Positions 1-8,518 of a stretch of DNA of 64,000 bases are shown piece by piece. The position numbers and the translations under genes were made by a program. Location of the stretch: contig DAOVPV010000006.1 of NCBI GenBank assembly GCA_030629005.1, forward strand, positions 3,472-67,471, given 5' to 3'. This DNA is from a bacterium (GTDB lineage: Bacteria; Babelota; Babeliae; Babelales; UASB340). The notes beneath the pieces were generated by a model. That model did no database searches. It worked only from the letters and a program-made list of their open reading frames with translations, and was not told where the DNA came from. The stretch's first letter is position 1. Each line of letters begins with the position of its first letter.

Positions 1-1325
1 CATCAAAAAAGTTTTCGTTTTTGGCATTAAATGACGGGTCCTGCTTTAATAGTTTGCAAATCGTTATAGATACAAACATGCCAAAATATGAAGAAACAAT
101 ATCACTACTTTCTACAGGAGCTTCTGTAAAAATTACAGGCAAAATTGTCCAAAGCCCAGGAAAAGAACAATCTATAGAACTTATGGCTCAAGATATAACA
201 GTTATTGGTAAATGTGATCCGGAAACATACCCTTTACAAAAAAAACGACATTCTTTTGAATTCTTAAGAGAAATTGCACACCTAAGACCAAGGACTAATA
301 CTTTTGGAGCAATTGCAAGAGTAAGAAATGCTTTGTCATTTGCAACTCACCAATTCTTCCAAGAAAAAGGTTTTTTATATATTCACACTCCGATTATAAC
401 TGCCGCAGATTGTGAAGGTGCGGGTGAAATGTTTAAAGTAACAACTTTAGATTTAGAAAACCCACCTAAAACTGATAAAAACAATTCGGAAGAAACATTT
501 AATGTTACGGATTATTCAAAAGATTTTTTCGAAAAACCTACATACCTAACAGTATCTGGCCAACTTGAAGGTGAAGCTTACGCATGCGCACTTTCTAATA
601 TTTATACATTTGGACCAACATTTAGAGCTGAAAATTCTAACACTTCCAGACATTTAGCAGAATTCTGGATGATAGAGCCTGAAATGGCTTTTGCAGATCT
701 AAACGATAACATGGATTATGCAGAAGAATATATAAAATATTGTTTAAAATATCTCTTAGAAAAATGTCCTCAAGATATGAAATTTTTTAACAGATATATT
801 AAACCAGGACTTATCGATAAATTAAACAACGTAATAAATTCACCATTTGAAAGACTAGAGTATACAAAGGCAATTGAAATTCTTAAAAACTCCGGCAAAA
901 AATTTGAATATAAAATTAAATGGGGATCTGATTTACAATCCGAGCACGAAAGATACCTTACCGAAGAACATTTTAAAAAACCTGTAATTTTATATAACTA
1001 TCCAAAAGAAATAAAAGCATTTTACATGCGTCAAAATGATGATGGCAAAACAGTTGCCGCAATGGACGTGCTTGTAGAAGGTGTCGGAGAAATAATCGGT
1101 GGTTCTCAAAGGGAAGAACGTCTAAATGTTCTAGAAGAAAAAATGGACCAAACTAGATTAGATAAAGAAAATTACTGGTGGTACCTAGAGCTTAGAAAAT
1201 ATGGTTCAGTTCCTCACGCAGGATTTGGGCTAGGCTTTGAACGACTTATACAATTTGCTACAGGTATGGAAAATATTCGAGATGTTATTCCATTTCCAAG
1301 ATATCCAGGACATTGTGATTTTTAA
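1..1325 (+). CDS. asnS: asparaginyl-tRNA synthetase (5' end cut off by window edge)
   Basis: The reading frame is open to position 1. Class II aaRS motifs are present: [38 protein letters not shown]. It is colinear with E. coli AsnS as recalled. Confidence 0.95.
   Translation, partial: SKKFSFLALNDGSCFNSLQIVIDTNMPKYEETISLLSTGASVKITGKIVQSPGKEQSIELMAQDITVIGKCDPETYPLQKKRHSFEFLREIAHLRPRTNTFGAIARVRNALSFATHQFFQEKGFLYIHTPIITAADCEGAGEMFKVTTLDLENPPKTDKNNSEETFNVTDYSKDFFEKPTYLTVSGQLEGEAYACALSNIYTFGPTFRAENSNTSRHLAEFWMIEPEMAFADLNDNMDYAEEYIKYCLKYLLEKCPQDMKFFNRYIKPGLIDKLNNVINSPFERLEYTKAIEILKNSGKKFEYKIKWGSDLQSEHERYLTEEHFKKPVILYNYPKEIKAFYMRQNDDGKTVAAMDVLVEGVGEIIGGSQREERLNVLEEKMDQTRLDKENYWWYLELRKYGSVPHAGFGLGFERLIQFATGMENIRDVIPFPRYPGHCDF
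486..506 (+). repeat. 21-nt hairpin-core repeat, copy 1 (TCGGAAGAAACATTTAATGTT)
   Basis: Exact match to the consensus. It is in frame in asnS and read as SEETFNV. It is identical over 25 nt to the copy at 58518. Confidence 0.9.
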
Positions 1326-1357
1326 TATAATTTAATTTATAATAAAATTTCTAACTT

Positions 1358-1413
1358 AAAAAAGAACGTTTGTTTTGATTTGAAATTAAAGGTCAAAACA
1401 GTCGTTCTTTTTT
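1358..1413 (+). terminator. rho-independent terminator after asnS
   Basis: AGAACGTTTGTTTTGA pairs with TCAAAACAGTCGTTCT (14 of 16 bp) and is followed by a T-run. Confidence 0.7.
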
Positions 1414-1492
1414 AATTATTGCACTTTATCCCCAAATTATTGTAACTATCTTTTAGGAAAAAATATAAACCCTTTTTTGCGGGGGGGTACCG

Positions 1493-2635
1493 ATGACACA
1501 ATTTTCCCAAAAAATATATTGGGGATTCCTTATACTATCTTTTTCATCATGCAATTTAAAAAAAATAAACTGTATGGAACTTGTTAGGAAATTAAGTCGA
1601 GAATTCTTAACATTTGTATCATCAGATGATAACAAACATAAAACAAATCCTAAATATAAAATCCCAAACTCAAAGATTGCCAATGAATTTGTTCTATTTT
1701 TACAAGAACGATCAGGCTTAAACTTGCTAAAGGTTTTATTCACCATGAAGTCAATTGATCGCCTATTTTCAAAATACACAGCAATTGATTTATCAATGAG
1801 CAAAGACGAGATTATTGACAAAAATAAAATAGAATGGATCAAAGAAACATCAAATGAAAATACAAATCCAGAGCAATTATTTTATTTTATATTTAGCAAC
1901 CGTTTATATGAAACAACCCCAATCAATGAAAAAACAAAAGTTTTTGCCTTTATGTCTACAGAAATAAACGAAAGTATTTATCAATTAATTTTAGTACTTC
2001 TCGAAAGTCAAACGTTAAACGGAAATAATATTCTACAAATCATTAAAGTATTGAAAAAAAACATTCTTTTTTACCTAGAAATAAAATACCTATTAAAAGC
2101 CCTACAAATAAAACATTTAAAAGCTCAAGAAAAAAAACTCCAAAAGCAAATCTTGTGGTTTTATGACAAAGGCGAAATAAAAACCTGGGATATTCAAGAA
2201 TTACATAATCCACACCCAATAAAACTTGAATATTATAAAATACAAGACAAAATAACCAGGCTAAAACAATTTTTTTTAAAAAAAGATAACGTAAAAAAAT
2301 TAAATTTGATAACAAAAAAATATACAACATCCCCATCGTTTCTAGATCTCACAAAACAAGAACCTTGTCTATATTATTTACTAAATATAGAAACAAAACG
2401 AAAAATCAAACAAGCACTATCTGAAGAAAAAATAGAATGGCCTGCAGAACTTGAAGAGCTTGCACTTTATGAATATTTAATAAATTACATTGAAAAATAT
2501 ATTATGGAATTTCTAAATGTACTTACATACATATTTAATGATGAAACTTTTTTTGAATTATTAACACAAAAAATAGAGGAATGCACCTTGAACGAGAAAT
2601 CTTTAAAACAAAAATATGATGTTATTTTTATATGA
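1493..2635 (+). CDS. hypothetical protein, possible lipoprotein
   Basis: 380-aa ORF with a G-rich RBS (GGGGGGG) 5 nt before the ATG. The N-terminus IYWGFLILSFSSC looks like a signal peptide with a lipobox. The rest is K/E/I-rich and I recognise no family. Confidence 0.55.
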   Translation: MTQFSQKIYWGFLILSFSSCNLKKINCMELVRKLSREFLTFVSSDDNKHKTNPKYKIPNSKIANEFVLFLQERSGLNLLKVLFTMKSIDRLFSKYTAIDLSMSKDEIIDKNKIEWIKETSNENTNPEQLFYFIFSNRLYETTPINEKTKVFAFMSTEINESIYQLILVLLESQTLNGNNILQIIKVLKKNILFYLEIKYLLKALQIKHLKAQEKKLQKQILWFYDKGEIKTWDIQELHNPHPIKLEYYKIQDKITRLKQFFLKKDNVKKLNLITKKYTTSPSFLDLTKQEPCLYYLLNIETKRKIKQALSEEKIEWPAELEELALYEYLINYIEKYIMEFLNVLTYIFNDETFFELLTQKIEECTLNEKSLKQKYDVIFI

Positions 2636-2700
2636 AAAAAGGCATACTTCGCATTTTTCTAACAAATGTTAACTTACAATTTAGTCAATTCCTTTAAAAG

Positions 2701-2732
2701 GCTGGCCTGCCATACGTAGCCTTGGCGAAGTC
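2701..2732 (-). repeat. GC-rich tRNA-trailer repeat, short form
   Basis: GCTGGCCTGCCATACGTAGCCTTGGCGAAGTC is a version of the 2921-2976 and 14129-14193 module with an internal deletion. It abuts the tRNA-Ala 3' end. Confidence 0.7.
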
Positions 2733-2808
2733 TGGTGGAGGTAAGCGGAGTCGAACCGCTGGCCTTCCGCTTGCAAAGCGGACGCTCTACCAACTGAGCT
2801 ATACCCCC
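2733..2808 (-). tRNA. tRNA-Ala (anticodon UGC), CCA encoded
   Basis: The reverse complement GGGGGTATAGCTCAGTTGGTAGAGCGTCCGCTTTGCAAGCGGAAGGCCAGCGGTTCGACTCCGCTTACCTCCACCA folds as a cloverleaf. The G3:U70 Ala identity pair is present and the anticodon loop is TTTGCAA. Confidence 0.95.
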
Positions 2809-2833
2809 GAAAATTTCAAGTGGCCGTGCCTTT

Positions 2834-2876
2834 TGCCCTACTTCGCTTTAAAAAGCTACGAAGGGCATACTTCGCG
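2834..2876 (-). repeat. GC-rich tRNA-linked repeat module R2
   Basis: TGCCCTACTTCGCTTTAAAAAGCTACGAAGGGCATACTTCGCG has a close copy at 13833-13871. It contains two TACTTCGC boxes. Confidence 0.7.
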
Positions 2877-2920
2877 TCCTTTCTATCAATATCAGGCTTA
2901 AAACTATCTCTTTTAAAAGA

Positions 2921-3015
2921 CTGGCTTGCCATACGACCTGTCCTACGAAGCCACGTAGGGCGTAGTAGGAAGCCTTTACGCCGTCGCTAAAGCTATGGCG
3001 CACATGGGCGAAGTA
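2921..3015 (-). repeat. GC-rich tRNA-trailer repeat module R1 plus CCA-adjacent box
   Basis: CTGGCTTGCCATACGACCTGTCCTACGAAGCCACGTAGGGCGTAGTAGGAAGCCTT is about 90% identical to 14129-14185. The segment ends in GGCGAAGTA directly against the tRNA-Ile 3' end. Confidence 0.75.
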
Positions 3016-3092
3016 TGGTGGGCCTAAGTAGACTCGAACTACTGACCTCTCCGTTATCAGCGGAGTGCTCTAGCCAACTGAGCTATAGGCCC
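3016..3092 (-). tRNA. tRNA-Ile (anticodon GAU), CCA encoded
   Basis: The reverse complement GGGCCTATAGCTCAGTTGGCTAGAGCACTCCGCTGATAACGGAGAGGTCAGTAGTTCGAGTCTACTTAGGCCCACCA folds as a cloverleaf. The anticodon loop is CTGATAA. Confidence 0.95.
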
Positions 3093-3275
3093 CAAAATTT
3101 CTTAAATTATATATTTATTTTAATACTCTTGCAACATCTTATTATGAAGAAATCGTTTCCCAACATAAAAAACTTCATAATGCAGTATTAATTGACCCTA
3201 TTGTAAATAATTATATATGCTTTCACAAAAGCACGTCCAGTTCTATTTTATAGTACAAAATATTAGGGAGATATC

Positions 3276-3449
3276 ATGAATCCAAATAAAATAAACTCTG
3301 AAAATAATGAGAAAAAATTTGAGAAAAAATATGGTTTTTTTAGAAAAATAAAAAGCATGGCCAGAAACACCAAAAACTTCCTCAAAAACCACTTTCCATC
3401 CCGCACTTGGGGCAAACCTCAAGAAAAAAACAAAGGCCCTAAAATATAA
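3276..3449 (+). CDS. small basic hypothetical protein (57 aa)
   Basis: This ORF is below the length cutoff of the supplied track. An AGGGAG RBS lies 6 nt before the ATG. The product MNPNKINSENNEKKFEKKYGFFRKIKSMARNTKNFLKNHFPSRTWGKPQEKNKGPKI is lysine-rich. A GGGCC/GGCCC hairpin lies about 35 nt downstream. It competes with the antisense ORF 3243-3455. Confidence 0.3.
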   Translation: MNPNKINSENNEKKFEKKYGFFRKIKSMARNTKNFLKNHFPSRTWGKPQEKNKGPKI

Positions 3450-3590
3450 ATACAAACTTTACATATAAAAAAAACAAACATAGGGGCCGAATGGCCCTTG
3501 CTCATTTAATGCTATAATCTATAATAATTAACGAATACTCCTCGCAACAAGCTAATGAAATATCATTCAAGAATTTGATTTTTTATTATT

Positions 3591-3667
3591 ACTGGACCCT
3601 GAAACAAGTTCAGGGTGACACACGCAGAATGCAAATTTGTCATCCTAAACTCGTTTCAGGATCCAGT
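3591..3667. repeat. nested palindromic MITE-like element, copy 1
   Basis: The arms ACTGGACCCTGAAACAAGTTCAGGGTGACA and TGTCATCCTAAACTCGTTTCAGGATCCAGT are 26/30 complementary. Each arm holds its own small hairpin (CTGAA-ACAAG-TTCAG). The element is intergenic, upstream of prfB. Confidence 0.8.
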
Positions 3668-3722
3668 CCTAAATAAAACAGAAAACAACGTGAAATTAAA
3701 ACCCTAAGAGATTAATAAAATT

Positions 3723-4805
3723 ATGTTAATTGATGAATTAAGAGAAAAATTAAAAAATATAGAACCTGCAGTTATTGCCATTAAAGACTTTTGGCAAAAC
3801 TCCAACAATCAAGAAAAATTTCTAGAGCTTGATAAACAAATAAATCAAGAAAATTTCTGGCAAAACCCAGATAGAACAAATATTCTAAAAAAATATCTGT
3901 TTATTAAAAACCTAAAAGAAAATTTTGATGATGTAACTAATTCTTTTGAGGAAAACAAAGAACTAATAGAATTATTTGAAACAAACGAAAAAGAACTTAA
4001 AAAACTTATTGGCGAAATAAATTCATTGGTGAAAAAAACAAAAAAATTTAAACTCGAACTTTTGTTAAACAAACCAGAAGATTTATCCAATTGCTTTTTA
4101 AGTATAAACTCAGGAGCTGGTGGCACAGAGTCTCAAGACTGGGCAAATATGCTTTTACGCATGTATACCCGTTTTTGTGAACGAGAAAATTTTTCTATAG
4201 AAATGATAGATTGCCAGTCCGGGGAAGAAGCCGGCATAAAATCTGCTTCTTTATATATTAAAGGTAAAAATGCTTTCGGGTTTTTAAAAAGTGAAAATGG
4301 TATTCACAGATTAGTGCGTATTTCTCCATTTGATGCAAATAAAAGAAGACATACCTCATTTGCAGCAGTAAGCATCACACCTGAAGTGGAAGAAAAATCT
4401 GTAGAAATAAACGATAACGATTTAAAAATAGATACATTCAAAGCCGGTGGCGCTGGCGGACAACACGTAAACAAAACCGAATCTGCCATAAGAATTACAC
4501 ACATTCCATCAAAAATAGTTGTACAATGTCAAAGCCAACGCTCGCAAGGACAAAATAAACAAACTGCAATGAAAATGCTTGCTGCAAAACTTGTCGCAAA
4601 ACAAAAACAAGAAAAACTCGAAAAAGAACAATCTGTAGTAAAGAAAAAAATTGAGTGGGGTTCACAAATTAGATCTTACGTTCTACATCCATATAAAATG
4701 GTAAAAGACTTAAGAACAAATTATGAAAATCCTCAACCAGAATTAGTGCTAGACGGTAACCTAATGCCAATGATAGAAAAATATTTACTCGAATTTAACT
4801 CATAA
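3723..4805 (+). CDS. prfB: peptide chain release factor 2 (single uninterrupted ORF)
   Basis: The RF2-specific SPF tripeptide (RISPFDANKRRHTSF) and the GGQ motif (GGAGGQHVNKTES) are present. The length of 360 aa is close to E. coli RF2. Confidence 0.95.
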   Translation: MLIDELREKLKNIEPAVIAIKDFWQNSNNQEKFLELDKQINQENFWQNPDRTNILKKYLFIKNLKENFDDVTNSFEENKELIELFETNEKELKKLIGEINSLVKKTKKFKLELLLNKPEDLSNCFLSINSGAGGTESQDWANMLLRMYTRFCERENFSIEMIDCQSGEEAGIKSASLYIKGKNAFGFLKSENGIHRLVRISPFDANKRRHTSFAAVSITPEVEEKSVEINDNDLKIDTFKAGGAGGQHVNKTESAIRITHIPSKIVVQCQSQRSQGQNKQTAMKMLAAKLVAKQKQEKLEKEQSVVKKKIEWGSQIRSYVLHPYKMVKDLRTNYENPQPELVLDGNLMPMIEKYLLEFNS

Positions 4806-4809
4806 AAAA

Positions 4810-4830
4810 TTGGAAAAAACATTTAATGTT
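4810..4830 (+). repeat. 21-nt hairpin-core repeat, copy 2 (intergenic)
   Basis: TTGGAAAAAACATTTAATGTT has 2 mismatches to the consensus. It fills the prfB-tilS spacer, and its ATG is the first in-frame start of the tilS ORF. Confidence 0.8.
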
Positions 4831-5836
4831 CATGATTTTTGATAAATTAGAAAAAGAATTAAAAAATATTATCAACTTAAGCGACAAACCCAAAATTATC
4901 CTGGGCCTTTCTGGAGGGCCAGACTCTGTATTCTTATTTTATTTTTTAAAAAAGCTAGCTCAAGAAAATAAAATACAGTTAATTTGCGCACATCTAGACC
5001 ATGAATGGCGGAAAGAATCTAAATCTGATGTAGAGTTTTGTAAAAATCTATGTAAACAACATAAAATTAAATTTATTTCTAATACAACAAATGAATTAAA
5101 TCTTAATTTAAAATTTAATGGCTCCCAAGAAGAAATCGGCAGAAAATTAAGACGTCATTTCTTTAATAAAGTTTTAAAAGAAAATAACGCAAATTATGTT
5201 GCATTAGCTCATCACCTGCAAGACCAGCAAGAAACATTCTTTTGGAGAATTATTAGAGGGACAACATTAAACGGCTTAATTGGAATGAAAAAACTACAAC
5301 CTCCCTACATTCGGTCTTTATTAGATATAGAAAAAAAAGAAATCTTAAATTATTTAAATAAAAATAATATTACGTATTTAATAGACCAAACGAACGACTC
5401 TGATAAATATTTACGCAATAGGATTAGAAAATATGTAATCCCAAGCTTAGAAAAAGTCGACCCTAGATTTTCTAAGAAATTTGCTACAACTTTAAATTAT
5501 CTACAAGAAGAAGAAGCTTTTATTAAAAAAATCACAGAAAATAGTTTTAATAATCTTTTTAAAAAATCTGAAGAAACATTTAATGTTATAGAACAAAAGA
5601 ATTGTTCAGAAAATAAGTTTATCGGAAATCTCAAAGAATTTTTATCTTTAGATACCGTGTTACAAAAAAGAATTATTATTTATTGGTTGACAAAAGAAAA
5701 GGTAAAATTCAGCCCCAGCAATAATTTCTTACTAGAAATTTTACGATTTCTAAAAAATGAAAATGGCGGAGTTCACAAAATAGACAATAACTTCTCTATT
5801 TATAAAAAACAGAATAAATTCAAAATCACAGCTTAA
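4826..5836 (+). CDS. tilS: tRNA(Ile)-lysidine synthase
   Basis: The PP-loop SGGPDS and HLDHEWR are present, and the tilS-like C-terminal region follows. The start is ambiguous between ATG 4826, which lies inside the repeat, and ATG 4832. Confidence 0.9.
   Translation: MFMIFDKLEKELKNIINLSDKPKIILGLSGGPDSVFLFYFLKKLAQENKIQLICAHLDHEWRKESKSDVEFCKNLCKQHKIKFISNTTNELNLNLKFNGSQEEIGRKLRRHFFNKVLKENNANYVALAHHLQDQQETFFWRIIRGTTLNGLIGMKKLQPPYIRSLLDIEKKEILNYLNKNNITYLIDQTNDSDKYLRNRIRKYVIPSLEKVDPRFSKKFATTLNYLQEEEAFIKKITENSFNNLFKKSEETFNVIEQKNCSENKFIGNLKEFLSLDTVLQKRIIIYWLTKEKVKFSPSNNFLLEILRFLKNENGGVHKIDNNFSIYKKQNKFKITA
5567..5587 (+). repeat. 21-nt hairpin-core repeat, copy 3
   Basis: TCTGAAGAAACATTTAATGTT has 1 mismatch. 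It is in frame in tilS and read as SEETFNV. Confidence 0.9.
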
Positions 5837-5944
5837 CGCTATTATATAGACAAAAACTTAAATAATTTATTTACTTACTCAAAAAAAGTAAAATATATAA
5901 ATATATATAATGTATATTTGGTGGGGATTTTTATTGGGTAAGTA

Positions 5945-7027
5945 ATGAATAATAAAAGAAATAAATTCAAAAAACTTTTTTTAACATCACTTCTATTACA
6001 TACAGTCCTTTTCATTATTTTTATTATTTTTGGATTCAAAAAAGGTCCCAAACCTTTTCAAGTTGTTTTTCTGGAAGATAACGATTTTCCAAAAGAAGAA
6101 AAAAAACTTGTTCAAATGAAAGAACTTGCTGAATTAAAACCAAAAAAATCTATGTTCGGCGCAACAACATTTTATGACGAAATACCACAATTTACTCCAG
6201 CAATATCTCCAATTATTAGTGATAGACAAAGAATTACTAAAGAAACAAAAATAAAAAAGCAATCTGAAAAAATAACATCTAAGATAAAACCAGAAATAAC
6301 AGAAAACCTGGAAGAAAAAATTAAAGGCAAAGCTCAAGAAAATATAATACATAAAGATGAACAAAAAACATCTATCGAATTTGAAGAAAAAAACAAAGAC
6401 AAGTTTATAAATAAACTAGAGCAAGATCTACACACAACAACAACTTACAATATTGCAAAAAATCAAATCGATGAATTGGCAAAAACAGGCAACGATAAAA
6501 TAAACCAAGAAGAAATTGATTCTGCAGAAATCTCAGAATCAACAGATATAATTCGCCAACTAGGAACCGATAGAAAAGACGCAAGCCCTGCACCAAAACC
6601 CAAAAGAAGTATTTTGCAAATAACAAGTGGTTATTTATACAATGCTAAAAACGAAGGAGAATACTGGATACGCCAATATGGTAAAAAAAATGCAATGCCA
6701 GACTTCAGTCAACTACAAGAAAAATCTTATGATGAAAAAATCGAATGGTACTTTCAACAAGAATCTGGAATTAAAACAGCACACATGTCACGAAAAGAAA
6801 GTATGCATCTAATGGATGGATATAAATGCAAACCTGCATTTTTTATATCCATTTCTAAAAACGGAAATATCAATAAAGTAAAACTAGTTAGAAGCTCCGG
6901 ATCAAATAATTATGACAACTATCTTTCAAAAACGCTCAAAACGATGTCAGCTCCCCCAATACCAAAGCATCTATGCAAAAAATACAATAACAAGTATGAA
7001 AAAATATATAATATAAATAATAAATAA
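5945..7027 (+). CDS. TonB/TolA-like energy-transducer protein
   Basis: A basic N-terminus is followed by a TM helix carrying an SLLLH motif and a long K/E/P-rich linker. The C-terminal ~80 aa (VKLVRSSGSNNYDNYLSKTLKTMSAPPIP) resemble the TonB C-terminal domain. Confidence 0.55.
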   Translation: MNNKRNKFKKLFLTSLLLHTVLFIIFIIFGFKKGPKPFQVVFLEDNDFPKEEKKLVQMKELAELKPKKSMFGATTFYDEIPQFTPAISPIISDRQRITKETKIKKQSEKITSKIKPEITENLEEKIKGKAQENIIHKDEQKTSIEFEEKNKDKFINKLEQDLHTTTTYNIAKNQIDELAKTGNDKINQEEIDSAEISESTDIIRQLGTDRKDASPAPKPKRSILQITSGYLYNAKNEGEYWIRQYGKKNAMPDFSQLQEKSYDEKIEWYFQQESGIKTAHMSRKESMHLMDGYKCKPAFFISISKNGNINKVKLVRSSGSNNYDNYLSKTLKTMSAPPIPKHLCKKYNNKYEKIYNINNK

Positions 7028-7087
7028 TATTACCTTTACAAAACTACCGATAATTATTACATTTTAGGCAAAAACAAAAGAGGCGAA

Positions 7088-8518
7088 GTGGCAGAAGTAG
7101 TAATTGTTGGTGCAGGACTAACAGGATTAACTGCAGCATATCATCTAGAAAAAAATAATTTTTACGATTTTAAGATTTTCGAAAAAGAAAATACACCTGG
7201 TGGACTTCTACGCTCTTTTACCAAAGATGGATTTACTTTTGATTTTACAGGCCACCTTTTACACATAAGCAACCCAGATTTTTATAATTTTTTAGACGAA
7301 ACTGCTGGCATCCAAAATTTTCTAGTTCAAAATAGAAGTTCTTTTATACATACAAATAATACATTCACAGACTATCCTTTTCAGACAAACCTTTATGGCC
7401 TTCCTGAAAAAATAATTTATGACGTAATCCTTGGATTTATAAATAGACAAAAAAATACTAGAAATCCAAAAAACTTTCATGAATGGGTACTAAAACATTT
7501 TGGTTCCGGTATCGGCAAACACTTTTTATTTCCATATAATCAAAAACTTTTAGCCTACAATATAAAACAAATAGAACACTCATGGACTGGAAGATTTGTA
7601 CCTTCTACAAACTTAAAAAATATAATTTATGGAGCATTAAATAAAAAAAATGCAAAAACAAACCTAGGTTATAATAGCAAATTTTATTATCCAAAATTCG
7701 GCGGCATACAGTATTTAATAGATAAATTACAAAATAAAATAAAAGCTAAAATAAATACCAACTTTAAACTATTCAAAATCGATCTAAAAAATAAACTTGT
7801 TCTTTTTGAAAATGGTCATATAGAAAAATTTAAACATCTTATTTCAACAATGCCACTAAATAATTTACTTAAATGCTCAATAGATAGGACAAATACAAAT
7901 TTACAAAAACAACACACAAATCTTTTATGTAATTCTGTAATAAACTTTAACTTGGGCTTTAATGCCAAAAATTTCGATACAAATTTTAAAAACAAACACT
8001 GGATATATTTTCCAGAAAAAAAATATCTTTTTTATAGACTAGGATTTTGGAATAACATATGCAAAAACTTAGCGCCAAACAATACATATTCAACATATGG
8101 TGAAGTTTCTTTTATGCCACAAACATCGAAAGAAACATTTAATGTTAAAGATCATAAACAAATAGAAAAATTAACAGAAAACTCAATTAATCAAACTATC
8201 AAATATTTAAATATTAATAAAAAAGACATATTAATAAAAAAAACATTAATACTTAAACATGCATATGTAATTTACAATACTTGGAGAAAAAAATATTTAA
8301 ATACTATTCACAAAGAATTAAAAATGGAAGGAATAAATTCTATCGGAAGATTTGGAGAATGGAAATATTCTAGCATGCAAGAAGCATTTATAGATGGAAA
8401 AAATACAGCTATTAAAATATTACATAATATGAAACAAGTAAGTCCCAAAAATTTTAGCCCCAAAAAAATAGAAGGCCTTATTAAACATGAACAAGCTACA
8501 AAACGTTTACAACAATAA
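7088..8518 (+). CDS. FAD-dependent oxidoreductase (amine oxidase / UDP-galactopyranose mutase-like fold)
   Basis: The ORF has a GTG start. A Rossmann dinucleotide motif VVIVGAGLTGLTAAYHL is followed by GGLLRSF..GFTFDFTGH. It lies next to a sugar-nucleotide epimerase gene. Confidence 0.7.
   Translation: MAEVVIVGAGLTGLTAAYHLEKNNFYDFKIFEKENTPGGLLRSFTKDGFTFDFTGHLLHISNPDFYNFLDETAGIQNFLVQNRSSFIHTNNTFTDYPFQTNLYGLPEKIIYDVILGFINRQKNTRNPKNFHEWVLKHFGSGIGKHFLFPYNQKLLAYNIKQIEHSWTGRFVPSTNLKNIIYGALNKKNAKTNLGYNSKFYYPKFGGIQYLIDKLQNKIKAKINTNFKLFKIDLKNKLVLFENGHIEKFKHLISTMPLNNLLKCSIDRTNTNLQKQHTNLLCNSVINFNLGFNAKNFDTNFKNKHWIYFPEKKYLFYRLGFWNNICKNLAPNNTYSTYGEVSFMPQTSKETFNVKDHKQIEKLTENSINQTIKYLNINKKDILIKKTLILKHAYVIYNTWRKKYLNTIHKELKMEGINSIGRFGEWKYSSMQEAFIDGKNTAIKILHNMKQVSPKNFSPKKIEGLIKHEQATKRLQQ
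8126..8146 (+). repeat. 21-nt hairpin-core repeat, copy 4
   Basis: TCGAAAGAAACATTTAATGTT has 1 mismatch. It is in frame and read as SKETFNV. Confidence 0.9.

Noticed and set aside
1453-1842. 129-aa - strand ORF, plus the many 60-120-aa ORFs nested in or antisense to long genes (for example 2043-2336, 3845-4126, 8884-9099, 19205-19447, 39643-40005, 53641-53997).
   Set aside because: They overlap well-supported genes, lack start-site context, and have the compositional look of shadow frames.
3505-3520. The 9-mer CATTTAATG occurs in the intergenic region after the small ORF.
   Set aside because: A 9-mer of this composition is expected about once or twice by chance in 128 kb of two-strand sequence. 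The flanks do not match the repeat.
2636-3720. I looked for 16S/23S rRNA or other known ncRNAs (tmRNA, RNase P, SRP RNA) around the Ile/Ala tRNA pair.
   Set aside because: I could not recognise any conserved rRNA, tmRNA, RNase P or SRP signature sequences. Only tRNAs and the repeat modules are present.
8487-8518. Two separate 32-nt gene overlaps: 8487-8518 (oxidoreductase gene and epimerase gene) and 62511-62542 (nusB and kdsA).
   Set aside because: The equal length looks coincidental. The first may disappear if the GTG at 8523 is the true start. No shared sequence exists between the two overlaps.
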